A stretch of 64,000 nt of DNA from Eledone cirrhosa (taxonomy: Eukaryota). A program made the translations under genes and the position numbers. Of this stretch, positions 46,151 through 59,717 are shown one piece after another. The notes under the pieces are model-generated. The model made no database searches, was not told the origin of the DNA, and was given only the letters and a program-made list of their open reading frames with translations. Each line of letters opens with the position of its first letter. Positions within the stretch are counted from its first letter, which is position 1. Where the stretch lies: NCBI GenBank assembly GCA_964016885.1, contig OZ024753.1, positions 26,970,001 to 27,034,000 on the forward strand, written 5' to 3'.

Positions 46151-46836
46151 ATATATATAGGAAAAGTGTCAGGACCTCGACGGCTGAGCTCCGGCCGTTT
46201 CGACAGCTATATCCGAACTGTTCGGATCTAGCTGTCGAAACCGTCGGAGCTCAGCCGTTGGGGTCCTGACTCTTTTCCTATTACGCACCCTACTACCCTA
46301 AGTATTGAGTACTCTGGTGCGTTATGGTCCACCTAGTATCTTACCACACCCTCTTTGTTATATATATATATATGTATATATATGTGTGTGCTTGTGTGTA
46401 TGTCTGTGTGTGTGTATGCGCGGTGACATGGAAGTACTGTTTAGTGTCCAAGCGCGCAGTTATCCCACCGAGAGTGTGAAACCCAAAGATATTGTTAAGA
46501 CATCATTCTATGAGAAGGAAAACTGATATAAAACCTGCAACTCGATGGCAGCTAATGTTGTTTTGGATAACTGCCACCGTTGTTCAGAGACTGGGATTGG
46601 TTTAAAGCAGTGTCTTTAAAAAGGTTCAAGCAATGACATCATTTGATCTAAACGACTTTCACGTGTGTTGCGTGAGTGTGGCCTTTTCTTTCGCTGCAGC
46701 ATATGCAGAAAGGAATCTAAGTCCTGGGATGGCTAAAACGTCATGTTCGTGCCAGCCTCGTGTGAGAAAAAGATCAAGGGATGGGAATTCTCGAAACCGA
46801 GTTGCAGCCAATATAAGTGTACACACACACACACAC

Positions 46837-46926
<90 letters not shown>

Positions 46927-47064
46927 CTTTACATACATATGTATGTAAAGATTTATACACGTTCACAGGTGTGTATACAGAGGAATGAAAAAAGAGCAAT
47001 CAACAAATTTTGGAAGTTAAATATATATATATGTATGTGTGTGTGTGTGTCCGTGTGTATTATG

Positions 47065-47116
<52 letters not shown>

Positions 47117-47195
47117 GTTTGTTAGTAAATATACAAAGCATACTTAAATGTACAACATACTGACACGCCCATTATCTATCTATATATGTATATAC

Positions 47196-47447
47196 ATACA
47201 AAAACAAGATGGCGTAGGACAGAACAAAGGAGAGGCACAAAACAAAGAAAATAATCCCTAGTCACTGAAGAGGTCACAGAATGTGTGACGAAAGAACTTT
47301 GACAATATATGAACAACCGTCCGGTTGTGGAACCAACCAACCGGAAATTTATAAATTCTTAAATTTATAAATTTAATTTATAATAAATTCGAGTGAAAGC
47401 AACTGGTGCGTGTGTTTCTTATTGGCAACATGACCCTCCCAAAGTAT

Positions 47448-47453
<6 letters not shown>
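47196..47453 (+). mobile_element. pLTR family P1 copy with HHR (47261-47303)
   Basis: Matches 835-1092; GTCA/TGAC stem I. Confidence 0.8.
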
Positions 47454-47537
<84 letters not shown>

Positions 47538-47827
47538 GATATACATCTGTCTATCTTTCTAGCTAGTTTGCTATCTGTATGTTGTAAGTGTAATGTGTGC
47601 TAGTGTGTGTGTGTGTGTGAGTGTGTATATGTGTGTGCGTGCTTGTGTGCGAGTGTGTGAATGATTATATGTGAGTGTTTGTGAGTGATTGTGTGTGTGT
47701 GTGTGAGTGATTGTATGTGTGCCTGAGTGTGTGTCTGTGTGAATGTGTGTCTGAGTGTGTGTGTGTGTGTGTGTGTGCGTGTGCGCGCGCGCGAAAGTGT
47801 GTGTATATGTGTGTGTGTGTATGTGTG

Positions 47828-47879
<52 letters not shown>

Positions 47880-48159
47880 TGTGTCTGTGTGTGTGTGTGT
47901 GTGTGTGTTCACCCAGCATGACTGTATGTAAGCCACAATGTACAGTGGAATAATAGACAGATGATGTGTTTATGGTTACACAAACATTGTTATCACAAGT
48001 TACCAAATATAAACACTGGGCCATAATATATTGTATAATCCAACACATTCATACACTGACACACTCTCTCACACACACATACACACACACATACACACAC
48101 ACATACACACGCATACATACATTCACACACTTATATATATATATATATATATATATATT

Positions 48160-48193
<34 letters not shown>

Positions 48194-48204
48194 CACACAT
48201 ACAG

Positions 48205-48236
<32 letters not shown>

Positions 48237-48301
48237 ATATATATATATATGCAGAGACACGCGGGTACATACATACATACATACATACATACAAATATAT
48301 A

Positions 48302-48680
48302 TATGTATATATATATATATGTGTCCGTATGTGTATATGGGTATATACTGTATATGTATGTGTGTGTATGTATATATATATATATATGTGTCCGTGTGTG
48401 TATGTGGGTGTATATATTTATGTGTGTGTGTGTTGATGTATGTATATGTATGTGTCTATGTGTGTATGTGGGTATATATACATACATATATATATATTTA
48501 TATATATATGTATATATACCCACATACACACATAGACACATACATATACATACATCAACACACACACACATAAATATATACACTCACATACACACACGGA
48601 CACATATATATATATATATATACATACACACACATACATATACAGTATATACCCATATACACATACGGACACATATATAT
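48302..48680. repeat. Inverted duplication of complex CA/TA minisatellite centred on a TA tract
   Basis: Rare words mirror each other: GTGTCCGTATG/CATACGGACAC, ATACTGTAT/ATACAGTAT, TGTTGATG/CATCAACA. Tandem CCCACATACACACACGGACAC units continue to ~49290. Confidence 0.85.
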
Positions 48681-49678
48681 ACATACATACACACATACAT
48701 ATATATATATATACATAGACATATATATACATACATACACACATACATATATATATACATACATACACACATACATATATATATATATATACATACACAC
48801 ACAGACACATACATATATATACCCACATACACACACGGGCACATACATATACATACATATATAGACACACATACATATATATATATACCCACATACACAC
48901 ACGGAGACATACATATACATACATACACATACATAGACACACATACACATACATATATACCCACATACATACACGGACACATACATATACATACATACAC
49001 ATACATAGACACACATACACATACATATATATATATACCCACATACACACACGGACACATACATGTACATACATACACATACATACACATACATATATAT
49101 ATACCCACATACACACACATACATATACATACATACACATACATAGACACACATACACATGCATATATATATATACCCACATACACACACGGACACACGT
49201 ATATATACATACATACACACATACACACATACACACACGGACACACATATATATACATACCCCCATACACACACGGACACATACATATATATACATACAT
49301 TAGACACACAAACATTGACACATATGTGGGGTGTGTTCTTGTATATATTTGTGTTAAGAAGGCCCCATTGTTGTTATTGTTGGAGGTATTCGTTGCTTTG
49401 TTGATTATTGTAATGAAGGTAAATTAGAAAGATCTTAATACACAGGTGTGTTACCTGAACGTTGAGGTGAGTGGACCTATCTTACACAAGTCTTCTTATG
49501 ATATTGACAGCCAGAACAATTTCATTTAAAAGGTGGTCAATATTGACGTATTACGCATAAAACTCGTGAAAGTAATAAAAGCCCCCGTCCCCTCAAAACC
49601 CCTCCAAAAACACAAAAACAAAACAAAACAAAAAACAATATTGGAATATAAATACAAAATGAAAGAAAAATTGAAATA

Positions 49679-49864
49679 CAGTGAAATTCCGTTATAGCGA
49701 AATTCACGGAGTATAAAAAAAATTCGTTGTAACGAAAAGTTTTTTATAACGAGATCGACCGAAACAAATTGATCGTTTGTTTGTTATTACCTCCGGGATC
49801 GAAAGAAATTTCGTTCACTGAATAATTCGTTGTAATGGTATTCGTTATAACGGAATTTTACCTG
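49679..49864. mobile_element. Tc1/mariner (pogo/Tigger-like) MITE
   Basis: TIRs CAGTGAAATTCCGTTATAGCGAA / TTCGTTATAACGGAATTTTACCTG, TA on both sides. Confidence 0.8.
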
Positions 49865-49869
49865 TATAT

Positions 49870-50160
49870 CCGACGAGGTGTCCAAGTGACATTCGAAGTC
49901 ATTATTAACATGCGAGTATAGGCTCCATCTAATCTTCTTTCCAGTTTTAAGGTAAAAGTAGATGCTGAGCAGCCATACAACAGAACAGAGGTAACAGTTG
50001 CTTGAAAGAAGCTCCTTTGTCATGTTGTCTGGAAGTCTAGATTTCCATACTAGAGATAACTTATCTATGGTACTCCAGGCCTTACTAATATTGCTAGAGA
50101 CTTTACTCCCCAGATAAGTAAATTCTTCTACACAGTTGAGAGGTGCAGCAGATACTGTTG
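49870..50160 (-). pseudogene. Old RTE/RTEX-like RT remnant
   Basis: VEEFTYLGS..KAWSTIDKLSLVWKS..(frameshift)FFQATVTSVLLYGCS..RLDGAYTRML. Confidence 0.7.
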
Positions 50161-50195
50161 TGATTTTTCCATTGGATCAGTTTACAAGGAAAAAC

Positions 50196-50760
50196 AGCTT
50201 GGATCAGTTTATATGGAAATAACGAGGAAACACAGCTTGGATCAGTTTATATGGAAATAACAAGGAAACACAGCTTGGATCAGTTTATATGGAAATAACA
50301 AGGAAACACCGCTTGGATCAGTTTATATGGAAATAACAAGGAAACACAGCTTGGATCAGTTTATATGGAAATAACAAGGAAACACCGCTTGGATCAATTT
50401 ATATGGAAATAACGAGGAAACACAGCTTGGATCAGTTTATATGGAAATAACAAGGAAAAACAGCTTGGATCAGTTTATATGGAAATAACAAGGAAACACC
50501 GCTTGGATCAGTTTATATGGAAATAACAAGGAAACACAGCTTGGATCAGTTTATATGGAAATAACAAGGAAACACCGCTTGGATCAATTTATATGGAAAT
50601 AACGAGGAAACACAGCTTGGATCAGTTTATATGGAAATGACAAGGAAACAGCTTGGATCAGTTTACATGGAAGTGACAAGGAAACAGCTTGGATCAATTT
50701 ACATGGAAATGACAAGGAAACAGCATGGATCAGTTCACACGGAAGTGACAAGGAAACACA
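50196..50760. repeat. 38-bp minisatellite, about 15 copies, no spacers
   Basis: Unit CAGCTTGGATCAGTTTATATGGAAATAACAAGGAAACA; last units are 36 bp and diverged. Confidence 0.95.
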
Positions 50761-51099
50761 GTTTGTTCAGTCTTTTACGCATTAACCTTTCACTAAGTAG
50801 GTATGAGTGGATCTGTTACAATTAAATGACCCACATCTAATCCAGGATTTGATAATGTAGATTCTGTTAAAAGTCGATGAAAAATCATTAAATGTGACAC
50901 CTCTTTGAGTAGACTAGTTACTTAAAGTGAATCTCTTTCGTGTAAATGATGAGGAAACAGTCTTTTTCCCAACCTTCATATTTGAGAGCCATCATATTTA
51001 CAATTTAACTTGACTCATAGGTTGAATTTTTTAAATTCTAAAATGAGAGTATCATTTATTCAACAAATGGGTTCATTTCTTTTTATTTCATGTCTTGAT

Positions 51100-51312
51100 A
51101 ATTGTTTCTACTTTAGGCACAAGGCCAGCAATCTGAAGGGAAGGGGAAAGTCGATTGAATCGACCCCAGTGCATTACTGGTGCTTTATTTTATCGATCCC
51201 GCAAAGATGAGAGGCAAAGCTAACCGCCGCGGGATTTGAACTCAGAACGTAAAGAGCCGTAGCTCTATGCCACAAAGCATGTTGTCGGACGCTCTACCGA
51301 TACTGTCAATCT
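51100..51312 (-). mobile_element. Old tRNA-derived SINE (family D)
   Basis: GGATTTGAACTC (B box on -), ATCGACCCCAGT..ACTGG..TTTTATCGA; related decayed pieces near 53975-54135, 57470-57780, 58330-58630, 58775-58885 and 60585-60772. Confidence 0.7.
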
Positions 51313-52033
51313 GACATAAATATAATAAATAAATAAAATAAAATAAAATAAAATTTAAAAAACAAATACGAGAGAGAAAAAGAAAAAAGTTCTATTTGTC
51401 TCGTGGGGCATTTCTAAAACCGACTGGTAGCGGTAAAAATTTGACCTCAAATGCTCCAGGCGGGGCTGATATGTCTTACATTGTCAACTTCCCCAGTCAC
51501 GTAAACGATATCGTGTGACTCATACCAAAGTGGAATGTATGCTGTGATCTGTAAGTCAATATGGCAAGGTGATAACAGTGGAAATTTGACTTGATAATTT
51601 ATATGAATGGGCCAACAGTTTAGTAGTTATACGGCGTTTCTTACGTTAATGAATCACTCCACATAACCTGCTAACGAAAGAGCTAAATTTCTCTGAAATC
51701 ACACCCCACCGTACCGCCATTGGATAATGTAGTAATAGATATGCCATGCCCGAGAAAATGACACACTGATCATTGGCTGGAACGCCTTTTATCATTGTTC
51801 TGCTTTCTCAAGTCTTATCTGAGACTAAAAAAAAAAAAAAATAAACAACAGCAGAGTTTCAATGCGGTCAATCAATCTACTAGAAATCGCAGTCAAATCG
51901 CCTATAGATCATTACCTAGTCTTAAAAAAATATAACGTGTTGGCTAATATGGTGAAAAGTACCCTCTGTATAGGAAAAAATAGAAATGGTCACGAATGGA
52001 ACTGTTCTAATCAAAGATCTGCTCAGTGAAATC

Positions 52034-52096
<63 letters not shown>

Positions 52097-52165
52097 GATT
52101 GCAATAAATGCGTCCGTACGCGGTATGCCGTATGAGCACTCGATGCTCGCGCAAGGGAGAGTATA

Positions 52166-52456
52166 ATATTATAGATAACGAGGAATCAGTGATGCATCAA
52201 AACACTATTTATTAACATATTATATATGTTTCTCCGACAATCAGCTCAAGGCAGGATCTATTACAGATCGAACCTGACTCTGCATTCGCAAGGTCCTCAG
52301 CGCTTTCAAAGTATTTCATCCGATTATCGGATGAAATGCTTTGAAATGCAGAGTCAGGTTCGATCTGTAATAGATCCTGCCTTGAGCTGATCGTCGGAGA
52401 AACATATGTAATATGTTAATAAATAGTGTTTTGATGCATCACTGATTCCTCGTTAT

Positions 52457-52465
<9 letters not shown>
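52166..52465. repeat. Near-perfect fold-back (arms about 140 bp)
   Basis: Centre ATCCGAT-T-ATCGGAT at 52325; ~19-nt extra segment in the left arm; the right arm has AATAAA and runs into (TA)n. Confidence 0.9.
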
Positions 52466-52543
<78 letters not shown>

Positions 52544-52670
52544 AAGAGGGTGTGGTAAGATACCATGTGGACCATATCACACCAGAGTACTCAATACTTG
52601 GAGTTAGATCCGATCAGTTCGGATCTAGCTGTCGAAACGGCCGGAGCTCAGCCGTCGGGGTCCTGACTAT

Positions 52671-52709
<39 letters not shown>

Positions 52710-52713
<4 letters not shown>

Positions 52714-52983
52714 TACGATCTTAGACCGGGTGATGCGTTGTGTTCTTGGGCAAGACACTTTATTTCACGTTGCTCCAGTTCACGCAGCTGTAGAAATGAA
52801 TTGCGGTGTCACTGGTGCCGAGCTGTATTGGCCTTTGCCTTTCCCTTGGACAACATCGGTGACATGGAGAGAAAAGACTGGTATGCATATGTATGGGCGC
52901 CTGCTGGTCTTCCACAAACAGCCTTGCCCGGACTTGTGCCTCTGAGGGCAAATCCCATGGTAATTCGTAACCGAAGGGGGTCC

Positions 52984-52987
<4 letters not shown>
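52710..52987 (+). mobile_element. SINE family C (same core as A, different tail), 5'-truncated
   Basis: AGACCGGGTGATGCGTTG..CTTGGGCAAGACACTTTATTTCACGTTGCTCCAGT..CAGCTGTAGAAATGA, then unrelated tail. Confidence 0.75.
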
Positions 52988-53031
<44 letters not shown>

Positions 53032-53033
53032 GC

Positions 53034-53106
<73 letters not shown>

Positions 53107-54238
53107 TGTGAAAATTATCTACGGATATGTTAATGTGTGAACATACTAGAACAATCCTTGTTCCGTCACATTACGTTTGAAATTAGTTTCAATAATATAT
53201 GTAAAGGGGAATACACGAGAAACAAGAATGTCGTAAAGCCAGTTTCTTTTCTTGTGTGAGTGTGTATGGAGGGTGGGTGGGTCTGTCTATGTGTGTTTGT
53301 GGGGTGTGCATATGTATGGGTGGGGTGGAGGTGTGTTTTTTGTATGCGTGGGGGGTTGTGGTAAATGTATATATATGTGTGTGTTTGTGCGAACGTTTCA
53401 GATTAATGCGTAAGTATTGTCATTCACGCCACTTCAAACGAAACATGTTTAACAAAATGAAACAGTAGAATCTTAACCAACCAGATAGTTTGTGTATTTA
53501 TCAGCAAATTGTAATTAGAAAACCGGGATGTTATTTTACTGAGAAGAAAAGATTAACGTTTCGGGAAACGTCTTTCGCCTAATCTCCACACCGCCACCTT
53601 GTTTGTTTCATTTCCCAAAGTCTGGTCACAGTTGGACCTCTTTTGATCATATTATAGGTCTGCTCGATCAAGGCTGACCTTGGCTCAACAACAACAACAA
53701 CGACAACGACGACGACAATATATATAAGATAATCACAAATAATTTACTCAGTCATTCACTCGTCAATTTCAAGGGCAGGTTGAAAAGAAGAAAGTATGGT
53801 ATGGTATGGTGTGGTATGGTATGGACCCATAACTCCATATTGACATACGGCGTTTTAAGGGCAATATTTTTAAAACCTGGCAGAACCCATCTCCTCTCCA
53901 GGTCTGAATACAGCAGATTTCTTCCAGAGAAGGATAGAGAGGGTGAGGGAAAGGAAGTGAGAAATAGATATAGAGGAAGAATCGACCCCAGTACTTAACT
54001 GGTACTTTTTTACCGGCCATGAATGGATGAAAGGCAAAGTTGACCTCGGCGGGATTTGAATTCAGAGAGCAGAGAGCCGAAATGGATACTAAAAAGAATT
54101 ATATCCAACGATCTAACGAGTCGGCCACTTCGCCGCCTATACACCGTATATAAGATATTCACAAATAATTTACTCATCCCCTTACTCATCAATTTCAAGA
54201 GCAGGTTGAATAATAGAAAATATTGATTTAAGTATCTA

Positions 54239-54418
54239 CCGTATGTATCGGCGTACAAGTCGGCCCGGCGCATAGGTCTACCTCTAAAATTTTTAGGTGT
54301 AGTTCAAGTTAAGCAACACGTACACTTCCACATTTCATATTCGGCGGACAAGTCGACCCCTGATTTTGGAGAGATATTTTTAGGCTCCATATGTCGACTT
54401 GTACGCCAGCATATGCGG
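54239..54418. mobile_element. Tc2/pogo-like MITE
   Basis: TIRs CCGTATGTATCGGCGTACAAGTCG / CGACTTGTACGCCAGCATATGCGG; left TA. Confidence 0.7.
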
Positions 54419-54794
54419 CAATTCGAAATAAATTGATTGTCAGACGCTGTCGTGGAATCAGATTCGCTCAACTAGCGTGGTTCACTTCTCTCCCCAGTAC
54501 TACTTGCTTCCATTTTCTATCTTAAACATATTTTCAACCTCAAACTGAAGCTTACAATTTCCTTCAGTTTGTTCTAATATTATTGTGATGTTGAGGAGTT
54601 CATTCGTTTGTCTATACTCCTTGTTATTTCGTTCAACTTTACATTAGAGTTATGTTCACGTCTCTTTATTCTACGTTCTTCCATTGATATTAAATTCTTC
54701 TTGTCTTAAAACTCCTTTATTGATTTTCATTAAAACCAATTATTTTCTTATTCTTATTTCTTTATATCTACTATGTTGATTCTTTATTTAAGCG

Positions 54795-55505
54795 TCTATA
54801 CTTATATCTATATCTATACCTATATCTAAATCTATATCTATATCTATCTCTATGTCTATATTATATATATATCATATATCTATACCACTATATATCTATA
54901 CTAATATATATTTATATATCTACATCTATATTTCTATACTACTATATATCTATATATCTATACTACTATATATCTATATATCTATGTATTTATATATCTA
55001 TATACCTATGTTACTATATATCTATACTACTATATATATCTATATATCTATACTACTATGATTCATATATGTATATATCTATAGCACTATATATCTATAC
55101 TACTATATATCTATGTATCTATACCACTATATATCTTTATATCTATACTACTATATATCTATATATCTATAGCACTATATATCTATACTACTATATATCT
55201 ATACCACTATATATCTTTATATCTATACTACTATATATCTATATATCTATATATCTACTATATATCTATGTATCTATGTATCTATATATCTATATTACTA
55301 TATATACTATATATATCTATATATCTATACTACTATATATCTTTGCATCTATACTACTATACATCTATATATCTATACCACGATATATCTATATATCTAT
55401 GTATCTATACATCTATATATCTATACTAATATATATCAACTTATCCATAATCTCTATGCATCCGTAAGCATTATTTTTATATCTACAATTCTATATCTAT
55501 ATTTA
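54795..55505. repeat. Degenerate (TATATC)/(TAC) microsatellite
   Basis: Recurring ATCTATACTACTATAT units. Confidence 0.85.
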
Positions 55506-55569
55506 AATTTCTACGATGATGATTATATGTCATATATTTGTCTTATAACCACACGCACGCGCACACACG

Positions 55570-55669
<100 letters not shown>

Positions 55670-55928
55670 CACACGGTGTCTCAAAAGTGTATACGCATAT
55701 TTATTAGAATGCTGCGGAAGTGTATATACATTTTGTGGGGACACCCTGTATATATATATATATCCATAGTTTTATATCTTTATTCCATGCTATATCGATT
55801 ATCTTTATATTTTACATTTCCTTATCAGGGTGTGTAGGTAATGTGTGTATGTGTGGGTGGGTGCTCAAAATCCATATTTATACATCTATATTTTAATATC
55901 TAGGCTCACACACAGACATAGACAGACA

Positions 55929-55981
<53 letters not shown>

Positions 55982-56051
55982 ATACAATATAATCGCAAGA
56001 GTTCTTTATCGAGATGTATATGTACATACATATGTGTCAATACTATTTATA

Positions 56052-56105
<54 letters not shown>

Positions 56106-56159
56106 ATGTGTGCATATATATATATAAAATTGCAAGTTTAAAGAATTATTATCCCTATG

Positions 56160-56198
<39 letters not shown>

Positions 56199-56302
56199 CA
56201 TATATACATACATATGTATACATGCATACGCATATACATACATATGAACATGCACACGCATACTCCCCCACAAAAATGTTTATATGTGTGTATGTATACA
56301 TA

Positions 56303-56378
56303 CAGGGTGTCCCCCAAAATGTATACACACTTCAACAGCATTCTAATAAAAGTGTGTACACATTTTTTGGACACCCTG
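56303..56378. mobile_element. 76-bp mariner-type MITE; copies at 55672-55748 and 61261-61336 in the opposite orientation
   Basis: TA-CAGGGTGTCC...GGACACCCTG-TA with shared internal TTATTAGAATGCTG. Confidence 0.8.
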
Positions 56379-57081
56379 TATGTATGTATACACACATACA
56401 CACATATATATATATACATACACACACACAATACGTAGGTAGATAATACACACACACACATACGTATGTGTATATTATCTACATTTTTATATCTATATTC
56501 CTCTATGTAATACTTCTGTATATTTGTCCCTAGCTTTCATCTTAATTTTCTTGATTATCTTCATATTTTCTTTTTGCCAATTTTTATTGCGAAACATCCT
56601 CCCATCCTCCCATCCTCCAGTCCTCCAGCCCCCCCCCCCTCCTCCCATCCTCCCGTCCTCTCGTTTCTTGGCTTTGATACTTTCATAATTCATATATTCT
56701 TGGATTTGATGGCAATTCGTTCTCTTTGTTAATGCGGTGCTTTGCAAAACAGAAAGGAAGCATACTTGTGGACATTAATCCAAATAGTTAAGGCAGTAGA
56801 TCTAAATATACCCTCTGATAACACACTAACATAAATCGATAGGTAAAGTATTCATTCATTGATCAAGCATAATGGATCTTGGAAAACGATAATTCCTCAA
56901 ACTTCTGCAACTAGTTTAGAATAGTTTGTAGAATAGAATTGGATCTTTGATAGTTTTCCATTTGCCTTTCCTCCCGTCTTCTTCTTCTCTCTGGCCGTCT
57001 CGTCATCTCTCTGTCTTCCTTTGACTCTCTTTCTCTCTCTCCCTATCTCTCTCTCTCTCACTATCTATCTATCTATCTATC

Positions 57082-57141
<60 letters not shown>

Positions 57142-57271
57142 ATGTGAGTGTGGTGTACATATATATAGATATGTGTGTGTGTATATATATATATATATAT
57201 TCATGTATATATATATGTGTGTAAGTTGAGAATATAAAGGGGTGTACTTAAATATGCAAGGCATATTGCTC

Positions 57272-57450
57272 AGTGTCTACCCCTAGGTCTCCTGCCGGTA
57301 GGTTTTGTCCGTAAAATCTGCACAGCGATTCTTTCCTGAGACATTCTAACCACATGCCCATAGTATCGGAGCTGTGATCTCTCAATTCAGAGTAGCTGCT
57401 TTTCCTGGAGTGACCCTCTCATCTCTGAGCTACGCACTATATCGAGTAAC
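57272..57450 (-). pseudogene. Old RTE C-terminal remnant
   Basis: IERSQLRYYGHVVRMSQERIAVQILRTKPTGRRPRGR, preceded by an in-frame stop. Confidence 0.7.
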
Positions 57451-57876
57451 GTTAACTTATAAGAGACGAAATAGGTGACTATAAAAATACTTAACTGGTA
57501 ATAATATTTTCGACTGTAGAAGGATGAAATGCAAAATTGATCACGTCGATATTTGAATTAAGAATTTAATGTAAATTATTTCATACGACACTACTTATTC
57601 TGTCAATCCACTGCCCTATTATTATTGAATAACAATTTCTAACATAGTCACAAAACCATAAATTTGATGGAGGAAGTGTCCACCATATCAGTAACGTACT
57701 GGGGTCGATTTAATCGACTTTTATCCCGACCCCAAAAAATTGTTGGCCTAATTTTTATACCTAAATCCGAAACCATTGTTATTTGATGTACATAATACTT
57801 AAATTATTCAATATTTTCCTTCTCTAATACTAACACTTTTTTCTATACAGATATCTACCACTGATATAGTTTAGAA

Positions 57877-58169
57877 CAGGGGTGTGCAACATATATACCA
57901 TTGGCAGGTCACTTTTGAACATTGGAACAACTATTAGGGCCATTAATATTTATTAAGCACTATTCCAAAGATTCACCATAACTTCTTTCCATAACATGGA
58001 ACTGGGAAATTATAACACACATAACCCTATCAGTGAAGCCCTTTAGTATAGGTCAACTAACAGAAAATTGTATTACGGTTACGAAAAAAATCTAAATAAG
58101 CCTACAAGGTAAAAATTAATTTTGGTCATCGTGGGTCTCTCTGATTGGGCCGCCTGTTGCACGCCCCTG
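57877..58169. mobile_element. hAT (Charlie-like) MITE
   Basis: TIRs CAGGGGTGTGCAACA / TGTTGCACGCCCCTG; 8-bp flanks GTTTAGAA / AGTTAGAA. Confidence 0.75.
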
Positions 58170-58407
58170 AGTTAGAACAACTAAGTTCCGTTCATTACGA
58201 AAACCCACAATTGTTGAATACGATATTGATGATATGTTTTTGTTGTTGTTGTTGTTGTTTTGTTTCATTACAGAACATCGATGTTTTCTAGAACTGTATC
58301 ACGTTTTAATTCGTTATCTCCGTTTACGTTAAGTACGACAAAAACGCTATCGATAAAACCAAGTACCAGACTGAAATAAATACTGGGGCTGATATGATCA
58401 ACTAAAC

Positions 58408-58555
58408 TAGTCATAGGCAAACTGCGGCACGTTTTGGTTTTCTGAATGGATTGCCTAATTTCAAAATTGCCTTGAATTTTTTAGTAGTGCGGCCCGTCTT
58501 ATGTTGAGTCACAGCCCATGCAGCCCACTGCTTGAAAAAAGATTGCCCATGTCTG
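58408..58555. mobile_element. Decayed hAT-like MITE nested in an old SINE
   Basis: Ends TAGTCATAGGCAA / TTGCCCATGTCTG, internal TGCGGCMCG repeats; SINE-like sequence on both sides. Confidence 0.5.
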
Positions 58556-59089
58556 GTCAAAACCATCGGCAGAACGGTGCTCTCGGCAAGGTTGCAATCC
58601 AGTAACAGAAGTTAACAAGAAAAAGAGAAAAAAATATAATACCAGAGAGAGGAAGAGACATGTAGAGAAAAATGTCCACAAGTATTACAGACAGAAAGTA
58701 TTGAATAATGAAAATATGCTTATTTGATCATTTTGTAGTAATCACAAGAAAAAGAAATCGATTTCTACAGTCCGTCCCTATTTTATCGACCTCGGGAAAG
58801 ATAAAAGAACATTAAAATATAGCTGGATTTGAACTAAGAACACAAGTAAATTTTGTATTGGCTTTGGTGCTCTACCGATTTTGGCCTAGATAAGAGGCGA
58901 TATCTGTTTGTCGTTGACAGAATATTGTCAACAGCACTACAGCCGATCTATTGTTCGATATGGTAATTTTATAATAAAACATTTCAGATATATTCTTTGA
59001 AATGTAATCAATAAAAAGGGCTGCATTTTACTCTTGTGCCGTTCATTGGACACACAATGAACTACCCACACTGACTGAGGATGTGTAAA

Positions 59090-59125
<36 letters not shown>

Positions 59126-59313
59126 AATGTATATAAATATATATACGATCGTTACAACATACTGTCTTTGAGGTGAACGATATGTATTTAAATATATATA
59201 CATATATACAGATACATACATGCAGGCATACTTATATATATATGTATATATATATATATAAACCCAGCTTCTCAAGATGTATATCGAGGGAGTTACTAAC
59301 AAATCTCAGTGGT

Positions 59314-59633
59314 CACAATAATCACTGGTATAAATCTGAAGAACCAGAAAGAACATGACTAGTTAGGAAATTACAAGTACAATCCATTAATGGAAGAGTA
59401 AAAATATGGAAAACATTCCAAAAATTATGTATCTAATAACTGCATGTACTTATGTACAGATACAAAACATATGCACATGCATATATATAACTCAAAACAT
59501 ACACATCTACCTAGTAGATGATGTCTAAATTTCAATGAGAGAGTCTTGTATCTATGTTAGAAACCGATTTTTACTATAAGTAACAATTCATAAAATTATA
59601 AAACCAGAATATACATATATATATATATTTATA

Positions 59634-59717
<84 letters not shown>

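Noticed and set aside
46383-46820. Unique-looking stretch as a possible exon
   Set aside because: No recognisable protein motif or supported splice pair; needs RNA data.
50196-50760. CRISPR-like 38-bp periodicity
   Set aside because: Head-to-tail units with no unique spacers, no cas genes, eukaryotic context.
53550-53590. Minus-strand CCCGAAACGTT resembling an HHR 3' half
   Set aside because: No CUGANGA-like core and no convincing stem II.
59336-59580. CTGAAGA-ACCA-GAAA and ATGATGT…TAGAAACCG as HHR or SECIS candidates
   Set aside because: Stems and NUH or SECIS spacing cannot be satisfied.
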